Below, piece by piece: positions 42,301 to 50,386 of a stretch of DNA of 64,000 bases (position 1 is the first letter of the stretch; every line of letters starts with the position of its first letter). The position numbers were made by a program, and so were the translations under genes. Where the stretch lies: assembly GCA_964276515.1 (NCBI GenBank), contig OZ193909.1:6696001-6760000 (forward strand). The letters run 5' to 3'. Below the pieces are notes generated by a model, which saw only the letters and a list, made by a program, of their open reading frames with translations, was not told the DNA's origin and ran no database searches. This DNA comes from Gordius albopunctatus (lineage: Eukaryota).

Positions 42301-45300
42301 GCAAAGGATCTCGTTGCAGAATCCTTAAATCTCAGGATAGCGTGACAGTTATATTTGGGCGCGTAACGTTGGGTGAAGCCGGGGAATACAGTGTACAAGC
42401 TAGCAACGATAGTGGATTCGTTAGTGGTACATTTCAGGTCATCGTTATAGGTAAGAAAAATACCCCCAAAAGTAAATATCTATTTTTAAAAAGGGGAAGG
42501 ATGGTTATAACGCCTAGGCGACTGTTTATATCGTTCTTACTATATTAGCTATTTTCTGTATATAAAGTGCATTTAAATAAATTTGCCAGTATATTTATTT
42601 GAGCGGGTCTAATTCTTCAAAGTGTGTCTACCTTTATCTTTTTAATTGCTCGTGTTTCACAAATTTGAAGGGCTGCCAACAGCTCCGCGTGGTCCGTTGG
42701 GTGTCGAAGTTATAAGCAAATCCGAACTTTATCTGACCTGGATGAAACCGGAAGAGGAAGGTGGAACACCTATAACTCATTACGAGGTAGATCGTAAAAT
42801 GCTCGGTAAAGACTATTGGATGTCCGTCACGTCGTTTTGCAAGGTATTTTATTAATTAAATTTATTTAAGAATATTGATGTTTGCGACAACAAAACTGAA
42901 ATTATAAAAAAAACAATAATATTAAGTGTTATTCTATGATTAATTTCTGTGTAACTTCAATTTAAATAGAAAATGTAGATTTGATTCAACAAAAATTTAC
43001 ATATTTTAATCTTGTTTAGAGTAACAATTGTACGGTATCTGATCTCTATCCAAACAAACATTATTATTTCCGGATACGAGCTGTTAATGAACAAGGCAAA
43101 GGACCCTATTTGGAACCACAGCAAGAATTTACGATACCCGTGGACATAAGTTTGTTTTCTATATCCTGTGATATTAAATCTTCTTGTTTTATTTATTGCT
43201 TGTTATTGCTGCGGTCACCAATTAGTCTGAGCGTAACCTTTATATTTAGCCGCCATTATCACCATTTAATGCACTAGCTCTTACATAATATAAATCTATT
43301 AATTGCTATGCAATTTATGGGCTCGTTTTTGGTTGTCCGTCGTCCGTCCGTCCGTCGTCCACCAAGTTATTTACACCAGCTTCCCGACCTGGAGGTTGCG
43401 GGTTCGAGACCCGGAGAGGACAAATTTTTTTTTATCTTTTTTTAAATTAAATTAATATTTTGTTCTTGTTAATACCATTGATAATATGACTTTTTGACCG
43501 TCCGCAGGCTACTGACCAATGAAAAAATGACCACTGGCCAGATAAATCGAAATTTTTAATTTTTCGTTTTTGAATAGTTTAACATTGATAATTACCCTAT
43601 GCCCTCCCCTACAAGGGCCTATGGCTCTATTTATATGGTTCCCTGTTCCCCTCCAAAGGCTTATGCCTCTATTTAATGTGGGTTTGAATCCCGGCGAACG
43701 TTCTAAATTGATGGTTCGAGACCCGGAGAGGACAAAAATTTTTATTTTTTTTTAAATTAAATTAATATATTGTTCTTGTTAATACCATTGATAATATGAC
43801 TTTTTGACCGTCCGCAGGCTACTGACCATTGAAAAAAATTACCATTGGCCAAATAAATCGAAATTTTTTGTTCATTTTTGAATAGGTTAACATTGATAAT
43901 TACCCTATACTTTTTAATAATTGCTATGCAATTTATCTAGTTTTTGGGTTAGAATCCCGGAATTTTTTTTTACTCTTATGATTGTTCTTGTTACTATCAT
44001 TGATAATAAGACTTTTTGGCCGTCCGCTGGCTGCTGACCAATGAAAAAAATGACCATTGGCCAAAATGTGTATCCGAGTTTATTTTTTCGTTTTTTTGAC
44101 TATTATGATTGTTCCTGTTCCTACCATTACTATTATGACTTTTTGGCCGTCCGCTGGCTGCTGACCAATGGAATAAAATGACCATTGGCCAAAATGTGAA
44201 TCGAAAACTTTTTTTTCGTTTTTTTTTGACTATTATGAGTTTATATTCACTTTTACCGTGTCCTGGCTGCTGACCAATGGAAAAAAATGACCTTTGGGCA
44301 AAATGTGATTCGAAATTTTTTTTTTCTTTTTTTTTACTCTTATGAATTTATATCCACTTTTACCGTGTGCTGGCTGCTGACCAATGGGAAAAAATGACCA
44401 TTGGCCAAAGTGAGCATCAAAATTTTTTTTCCGTTTTTTTGGCTATCATTGACTTATAGAGTATCTGTTGGTACTGACCAATGCAGAAGAAATGACCATT
44501 GGCCAAATTTTTAATTTTTTTAATTAAAAATTGTTCAAATTCAACAAAAAATTTCTCCCAACAATTCTGCGAATTCTTAACATTGTGGTGTTTTATAATA
44601 TAATGTTTGTTAGACCCATAATCACTAGAGGCCATAAAAACTAATGTAATATTTTTATTTATTCTCAAATGTGATATTTTGTTCATGATTGTTTTTTGCA
44701 TGTGCTAGTGTTTAGGTTTTCAACATTAATATTCTTTCATATACATTTTTACACATTGAATTATTTATTTTAAAGATTACTATATTTTGTTTTTTTGTGT
44801 TCTTGCATAAAATTAGGTTTTGTCTTTCATTTATCTACATTATTAATTGTTTATTAAAATAGGGGTCGGGGCTAATCGGAGAGGGGCTATTGCTAGCCAT
44901 TTTTCATTGTGTTTTACAAATGGCATGATAAAAAGAAAAAATAATCATATTACATTTGCATTTTCTACATTTTTTATAATTTAATTAAATCGAAAATTTG
45001 TATTAATAATTAACTAATTATTTTACATTTAATACCCCCCCCCCCGCCTATAGGCATTCTCACCCCTTCCCACCTTTCTCGCCCATAAATTGCATAGCAA
45101 ATATGATACATTTATATGGAGTGTAGATGAGTTCCCCCTTCCCTCCCCTCCTCCCCTTCCCACGAGGGCCGAAGGCCCGAGTATATTATTCAAAGGATTG
45201 ATATTACATAATTATATTAGCTCTTACATATATAGGATACTGCAATTACCTTTTCGAAGACAGTGGCAATTATATTTAGTTATATAACTTAACAGATAAT

Positions 45301-48300
45301 TTTGTGACACCTTATTAATCATAGCCTGTTATTAATAAATCCTTCCATATGTCTATGATTTTTAATTTGAAATTTCGTTAGCTCTTCCCGACCCCCCTAC
45401 AAATTTGAGGTTTCAAGATGTAATAACGCTGGAAAATACGATTCAACTCTGTTGGGACGAACCTTTTAACAAAGGTAACGGCACCTTTCTAGGTTACTTG
45501 GTGGAGAGATGTGACGACTTCGGACAAACCTGGGTCCCAGTTTCGACGATTCCCGTATCTGGAACTTCTATCCGAATTCATGATTTAATCCCCGAATCAA
45601 ATTACGAATTTAGAGTTTATTCCTTAAACGAAATGGGCAAAAGTATTCGGGCAGCTCAGGTCACGAAACGCAAAGAAGAGATTGCTTACCCTTTTAGTAA
45701 GTGTTATCAACATTTATTTAAAAAGGATCGCATCTAAATGCTCAGTCAAAATTGATAATGCTTATCAGTTTCTGATATTATTCACTGTCAATATCTTGTA
45801 ATATAATTCGTTGTATAAATGAAGTGGGGTTGGTATCACATCTAATTTTAACTAGGTTTTGAGAAAAATATCTATCGTGTAAAGAATATGGTTTGAAAAA
45901 GAGGTAATAAAAATATAATAAAAACGTTTACCTTCACCAAAGGTGATATTAATGATATTATTTCCTGTCAATTATTTGTAATATAATTCGTTGTATGAAA
46001 GCGGCTCACTTTACTTCATTATTTTTTGTGTGATTTCACCTCCACATCTTTTCTTTCGAATGATGGGCTACATCCTTTTACTCTACTTATTTTTTCAATC
46101 AGGACGCCACCGCTTTTATAAAACGAATTATCCTATTATTAGTTTATGCTCGCTCGGTATTCATTCCGTTATTCGACGGAAACAAAGCTCCTGTCAAATT
46201 AGTATGAGGCGAAACAAGAAAATTAAGCCACATTAATAAGAATTAAAATAAATTGTTCTCTTCGATTGAACGCGTAAGGTATCTTTTTTCTCGACCGACT
46301 ATTTAGCATATTTTTGTATAAATCTGAAAAATACAATATTTTTGCAAAGGTCCATTAGTAGCACAAATGAATATCCTTGCTAATAATCATGTTTAAACTG
46401 TTATAAATAGTAAGAAATGTTATACGAATCATTAGATGGCTCTATGGAAGTAATTTTGCCGTTACGAAACGTCTTTGTGATGGAAGGAAAATCCCTTCAT
46501 TTAGAAACTCATATCAAGTCACCAGTCAACTCAATAATCTGCTGGTATATTCATATACACGAATTTTATTAATAAAATAATTTCTCTATTTGCAAGACTA
46601 TTTTTTTGTTGCTGCGATCAACAATAAAATGTTTTAAGCACCCATTTTCCAAAATTCAAAATATGCATAATGGCATAGGCATAACCATAATTTAAATTAA
46701 AGAAATTTTTGTAAAATTTGAACCAAAATTATGTTGAAAATCTGCAAATTTTTTTCTGCTTGTCCCTCCTCCCCTGGCCGCGCCTATGCACATTGCACGA
46801 AATAAAAGCAAAACTTTCAATGTTTTTGAAGGTTTAAAGATTTGATCGAAATATGCCCATCATCAAAATACACAATATTTACCATGGACTCTCGTCATAT
46901 TTTGATCGTCCACAATTTCGATGAATATGATCAAGGCGAATACACCTGTGTATGTCGCTACCTCGAAGATAATATTTCTACCAGTGCTACCATCCTTTTG
47001 AGAGGTAAACAACAAAATTGATTCCTTATACCCTGATTTTATTTAATTATTTTTTATACGTTTGATTCGACTAATGCTTATTTTTGAATCACATTAATTG
47101 TTTTCAATCAATAACATAATTTTTATTAATTTAAAGAACTCGCAATTTAAAAAACAAAAATTAATGGAGACATGGGCGTAGTCAGGTTTTGGATTAGGAG
47201 GGGGGCGAAACTTTTAAAAGTTCAATTAGGGGGGGGGGGCAAAACATAAATTTTTTTAATATTTAAGGTTTTTTTGCATTGAAATTTTTTTTTTCGTCAT
47301 TTAGGGGGGCGGCCGGCCCCACCTGGCTGCGCCAATTAATGGAGATACATAATTTTTAAAATGAAGTATTAACTCACTTTTTGCTAACTCATAAAAATCA
47401 TTCACCCTTTTAAATTGAATTCTACCTATTACATTTTACCAAGATGCAAACAATAGCTATGGATCATTACTAATACGAGATGAAATGGGATCGCGACCAT
47501 CTTCAAGACTTTCCTATACGTCTAGTCGTTTATCTGCAGGTTCCGAAAAAAAGCCTAGAGGAAATGAATCTCTTGGTAGGTCAAACAAAGCAATTACTCT
47601 CGATTCGCCAGGTTTTGGCAAAATTATTGAATCAAAAATAGATGGGGTGAGCATGGGTGGGCGTAGCCAGTAGTTGTTAAATTGCTAACTTTTTTTAAAC
47701 TCCAGGCGCGAGTACGCACACTTAGTTGCTTGATATGCGCGTTAGCACAATATGTGCTCGCTGTTCGGTGCACTAGGCAGAACATTAGCATATAAAAATG
47801 CTCGAGTGCCGAGCAGAATCTCGAACAGATGGTAGCTGGAGTTGAAGAAATTTAGCAATCCAACAACTCTAGTAGCCAGCATTGAAATTAGAGGGGGTAA
47901 TAATGATTTAGGGAGGGGCAAGATGATCATTTTTTGAAATTTTAGCCATAATCGTAATAAGATAGATTTCCATATTTACTAATTCCAAACCATGTTTGTT
48001 TTTAAAACACATAAAACTACTGCTAATTACTTTATTTATTAATTGTCATATTTGAATACATATTAACATAGGCGTTGCCAAGGGTGGCAGGTAGGGGCGG
48101 TTGCTCCCCTCTAAATTCAAAAATTTGTAGAAATATTTGTTAAAATTTTAAAAAATGGTCATTTTGCCCCTCTCTTAATCATTATTGCCCCCATATTACT
48201 CCAATGCTGGCTTCGCCCCTAATTAATAAGATTTAATATGCTCAATGTAAACTAAAAATATTTATTTTTATACGTTTAGACGAAAACCAATAAATGGGCA

Positions 48301-48306
48301 AATTAG
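317..48306 (+). CDS. Giant titin/twitchin/projectin-like Ig-I/Fn3 protein, 5'-partial, 79 exons, ~5,350 aa in window, ~34 Fn3 + 16 Ig, no kinase domain
   Basis: Fn3 signatures recur (P..P..., L.W.PP..DGG....Y.VE, W, Y.FRV.A.N..G.S.P), as do Ig-I signatures (G.P.P...W.K, D.G.Y.L...N..G). Inferred exons: 317-487,798-932,1147-1425,1723-1915,2112-2212,2597-2902,3577-3858,4193-4298,4407-4597,4953-5125,5335-5464,5733-6020,6369-6476,9349-9540,9638-9742,9782-9979,10155-10306,10481-10643,11246-11530,11749-11854,11926-12122,12265-12437,12821-13060,13260-13551,14709-15107,15711-15872,16064-16198,16290-16395,16490-16662,16740-16845,16965-17158,17243-17347,17797-18139,18628-18881,19238-19350,20115-20301,21033-21230,21383-21546,21655-21790,22580-22741,23619-23841,23952-24145,24248-24420,24680-24809,25192-25479,25618-25725,25970-26084,27969-28144,28407-28610,28930-29283,29893-30189,30549-31028,33073-33549,33598-33777,33871-33972,34087-34410,35039-35317,36050-36424,36768-36928,37090-37249,37318-37460,37508-37727,37912-38127,38460-38578,38779-39182,39413-39534,39699-39896,40113-40331,40705-41020,41081-41256,41545-41802,42214-42450,42671-42843,43020-43149,45382-45696,46436-46544,46832-47004,47444-47646,48280-48306. 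All introns are GT-AG and their phases are compatible. The gene starts upstream of the window. The last exon (TKTNKWAN*) is the least certain. Confidence 0.93.
6529..8932 (-). mobile_element. Composite, decayed hAT DNA transposon in an intron
   Basis: Left end CAGTGGCGTA (6529) and right end CTGGCTACGCGCCTT (8918-8932), flanked by TAGCTTTT (6521-6528) and TAGCTTCT (8933-8940), an 8-bp TSD matching 7/8. A second TIR-like end AAGGGCGTAGCCAGGATTT lies at ~7166. The element contains a transposase remnant. Confidence 0.75.
7330..8188 (-). pseudogene. C-terminal half of a hAT transposase (hATC dimerisation domain, ZMYM1/PRKRIR-like), 5'-truncated, with one 34-nt intron
   Basis: The ORF reads ...LSNYLQRINIDL...PRRASRQTLRSN...ETYYRVSLYNSFLD...ELDERF...CSNERCFSALKRLKTYLRNTMGQER. 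Removing intron 7427-7460 continues it as LTGLTLLNVHRQYTPKTEDIINAFLSKKRRY*, which restores the canonical hATC motif. Confidence 0.85.
9079..9231. mobile_element. hAT-type MITE (TAGRGGCCT TIR)
   Basis: Ends TAGGGGGCCTGCA and TGTAGGCCTCTA; flanks GCTTAGAG / CCTTAGAG (7/8 TSD). Confidence 0.65.
12525..12639. mobile_element. hAT-type MITE, CATGGGCGTAGCC family
   Basis: Ends CATGAGCGTAGCC and AAGCCCATG; perfect 8-bp TSD CTGTCATA (12517-12524, 12640-12647); internal sequence shared with the 24507 copy. Confidence 0.8.
13688..13968. repeat. Perfect tandem triplication of a 93-bp unit (intronic)
   Basis: The unit TTTTGCATATGTCAATG...CGGTGGATTTGGA starts at 13688, 13781 and 13874. The copies appear identical. 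Confidence 0.95.
19370..19856 (+). mobile_element. Possible non-autonomous Helitron-like insertion
   Basis: Begins A|TC. It has a GC-rich subterminal palindrome (CCCGCGGA...TCCGCGCGGG, ~19816-19845) followed by GATAGT, which resembles a degenerate CTAG|T end. No second copy in the window. Confidence 0.3.
23109..23273. mobile_element. hAT-type MITE, CATGGGCGTAGCC family
   Basis: CATGGCGTAGCCAGG ... CCTGGTTACGCTCTTG; flanks GTGGATGA / GTTGAGGA (6/8). Confidence 0.7.
24507..24657. mobile_element. hAT-type MITE, CATGGGCGTAGCC family (young copy)
   Basis: Perfect TIRs CATGGGCGTAGCCAGG / CCTGGCTACGCCCATG; perfect TSD CTAACAAT. Confidence 0.92.
26470..27810. mobile_element. 1.3-kb non-autonomous hAT-like element
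   Basis: Ends CAGTGGCTTAGCTA and TAGCTATGCCACTT; flanks TTCACACA / TTCACAAA (7/8). GC-rich GGCCCG-type fragments inside are probably nested repeats. Confidence 0.7.
34770..34920. mobile_element. Partial MITE, CATGGGCGTAGCC family
   Basis: Starts CATAGGCGTAGCCAGGATTG. The body is the reverse complement of the 35751-35892 copy, and the far TIR is missing. Confidence 0.65.
35751..35892. mobile_element. hAT-type MITE, CATGGGCGTAGCC family
   Basis: CATGGGGG ... CTGGCTAGGCCCATG; flanks GGCTAATG / GGCTATTC (6/8). Confidence 0.7.
43297..45190 (+). mobile_element. Helentron-associated non-autonomous element (HINE/DINE-1-like) with internal tandem repeats
   Basis: Exact 20-bp subterminal inverted repeat (TTGCTATGCAATTTATGGGC 43303-43322; reverse complement 45081-45100). 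(GTCC/GTC)n microsatellite at 43335-43360. 3' stem-loop GGGCC-GAA-GGCCC at 45166-45178. Central arrays of GCTGACCAATG..TGACCATTGGCC units. This layout matches the DINE-1/HINE architecture. Confidence 0.75.
43404..44510. repeat. Tandem/dispersed repeat array inside the HINE-like element
   Basis: A ~195-bp block at 43404-43600 is repeated at 43715-43908. About seven copies of the core CTGACCAATGRAAAAAATGACCATTGGCC lie at ~43512, 43822, 44034, 44161, 44270, 44387 and 44474. Confidence 0.85.
46674..46788. mobile_element. Degenerate MITE, CATGGGCGTAGCC family
   Basis: Inverted ends CATAGGCATAACCA and TGGCCGCGCCTATG. Confidence 0.5.
47171..47337. mobile_element. hAT-type MITE, CATGGGCGTAGCC family
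   Basis: CATGGGCGTAGTCAGG ... CCTGGCTGCGCCAATT; perfect TSD AATGGAGA; reverse orientation relative to the 24507 copy. Confidence 0.85.
47671..47871. mobile_element. TAGAGTTG-family MITE nested in a CATGGGCGTAGCC MITE
   Basis: Homologous to 61194-61396. TSD GTAGCCAG (47663-47670, 47872-47879) duplicates part of the host MITE TIR. The host body continues to ~47955. Confidence 0.88.
48067..48222. mobile_element. MITE, CATGGGCGTAGCC family
   Basis: CATAGGCGTTGCCAAGG ... CTGGCTTCGCCCCT; body similar to the 23109 and 35751 copies. Confidence 0.7.
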
Positions 48307-48471
48307 AATGGTAATATTATATTCGTCGAAAGATCATCATTTCTTTCTTTGGGAAATTAAAATGACTTTAGTTATTATCACATTATGTTTGTTAAAAGTT
48401 TGCCGTTTTACGTTTTTTAATTATAACCTTCGCTTATTTAATCATCGGTTTAGTATTGCATTTGATATTGA

Positions 48472-48498
48472 AATAAATTTTTAACAATTTGTAATAAA
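48472..48498 (+). promoter_or_regulatory. Candidate polyadenylation signals (AATAAA x2) of the titin-like gene
   Basis: AATAAA at 48472 and 48493, ~170-190 nt after the inferred stop and followed by T/GT-rich sequence. The background is AT-rich, so specificity is low. Confidence 0.35.
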
Positions 48499-49988
48499 TG
48501 GTGTTAGAACTTGATTTGCTTTGTTTCAATTTTCAAATGTGAAAACATTTTGGTTAAATTATTTAGTAAAACTTATAATCACAAAAATCAAAATTTAATA
48601 GGGCTCATGCATTCTACATTACTCAATTATATGTTTGTTACAAAATTATATTAAATGTCATAACAATTTAAATATCTTTTCGAGCTTGATAAGTTTAAAG
48701 AGCATTCGGATATTAGGACGACTTTCATGTTAGATAGATCCAAAATATTTAAGTTAAATACAGTACTCGGCCACCTGGTTAACATGATATTTGTTGCATA
48801 AGTTTGGCCTTATTTTTATGGTTAATTAATATTATAAAGAGATTCTAGCTTTGAACACAATGAATTTGCAGGAAATTATGTGTATCTTAGAAGCTGTTGA
48901 CAAGTATTTTGTTCATAATCTAAAACTCAGTTTGGTCGGTTTGAAAAGGACTTAGCTTATCGTTGCAATTGCTATTGAACGATAATTTACAATAATCTTC
49001 TTATCAGAAAAAATTATGTCAATTGATTTTGAGATTCAGCTAACATTTTAACCCGCCGTAGGTTAGTTTGAAAAGGCTAACACAGATTTGGTTGTAATAT
49101 ATTATAAACTTTTCAAATTTTAAAGCTATATTTTAACTTTTTCCCTAAAATAATATATTTGATTGGTTATTTGATCAAGTGGTTATAATTTTATATCCAT
49201 AATTAGTTCGACAACCAATCGTCTTTTTGACTAATTAGGCTCATAGCAAATATAGCTTTTTTAGTTTTATGGTTTAATTAAGAAGATCATATAAAATAAG
49301 GTTGAAACTATAAATATAGAAAATGTGGCAGAAAAAACCTTAAGACAAAAGAAGAGCTGTCCAAACTTAGGAATATTTGACTTTTTATTTTTGAGACAGA
49401 AAAGTTTTTGTAACCCATTTTTTATTATTTTCAACTTCATTTTAAATATACTAGAACTACATCATAGACGGTTAGATTGGTAAATATGGAAAAAAATATA
49501 ATATTCATAAAAATATTAGATCTTGTGTAAAAAATGACTTTTCCTACACATATTTATTTAGTCTCAAATTCAACTTGTTTTAGATAAAAAGAAAGTTGTA
49601 ATTAAGTTTCTTCATTAATAGACAATAGTAATATGTTCATAAATTTATGATTTTTTAATATACTAGATTCCTTAGTTTTAATTATATTAACTATAAAGTA
49701 AAAACTCCTCAAACTATAATTCTAATGTTTATTCATTTGGTACCTTTAGATAAATATATTTGCCATTTTTGTATACCATATTCAAGCGAAGAACTATCAA
49801 AGATATTGCACTTTCAAAAATTAGACATGTTAAAGCATTTAAGTACGCAGGAAAATTTACGCCAAAGAGCACTTTGAAATATGATGAGGAAAAATAAACA
49901 TGTTACTATTTGAGTTTAAAATTTGAATATTTCAGATGGAAATAAATGTATATAAAAGTAAAATATCCTTTATAAATAGGTTTGGAAT

Positions 49989-50313
49989 TGTTGCGTCCAT
50001 TGACTTAATTGTCTCATTTACATTACCTTAGTACTTCGCGACGTTAATTGACCAATCAAGCATACCTCTCGGAGTCACCAGTAAATGTAATTGATTTATT
50101 TATACCTCGCGGAGGCACCACTAAATGTAATTGATTTGTTTGTAGCTCGCGGAGACACCACTAAACTTAATTGAATTATTCAATTAATTCACGAGTATTT
50201 AAAGGAGTTTAAAACACTTCTTAATCACTTACTTTTCTTCCAACGATTTAATTTAATTGGATATACAATAAAGTAATTATTACTTTATCCTTCTGGTATT
50301 TACTTCCCGAAAG
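49989..50313 (+). repeat. 5' LTR (~325 bp) with three ~40-bp internal tandem units
   Basis: Matches 54436-54760. The unit ACCTCGCGGAGGCACCACTAAATGTAATTGATTT occurs three times (~50063-50180). AATAAA at ~50267; PBS follows. Confidence 0.85.
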
Positions 50314-50386
50314 TGGTGACCCACCCTTGTCATACGCCCCCTTTTACCCTACCCTTACCCAACCCTTGTTATACGCAACCTTGTAA

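Noticed and set aside
1100..42398. Minus-strand ORFs overlapping titin exons (e.g. 2583-2849, 23719-24066, 41534-41830)
   Set aside because: Antisense shadows of GC-richer exons with no independent motifs.
43375..43420. tRNA gene
   Set aside because: Only a T-arm/B-box-like part is visible; I could not form an acceptor stem or D-arm.
43404..44510. CRISPR-like repeat-spacer array
   Set aside because: Eukaryotic intron; the repeats are degenerate, the spacers resemble each other, and there are no cas genes.
317..48306. Alternative genetic code or stop readthrough to explain the many short Ig/Fn3 ORFs
   Set aside because: Each stop lies in AT-rich sequence after a GT donor. Ordinary splicing gives one continuous frame.
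317..48306. Several separate small genes, or AT-AC/GC-AG introns
   Set aside because: Exon phases chain consistently into one CDS using only GT-AG introns.
48500..49980. Hidden kinase or further Ig exons after the titin-like stop
   Set aside because: AT-rich, no ORF of useful length and no kinase, Ig or Fn3 motifs seen.
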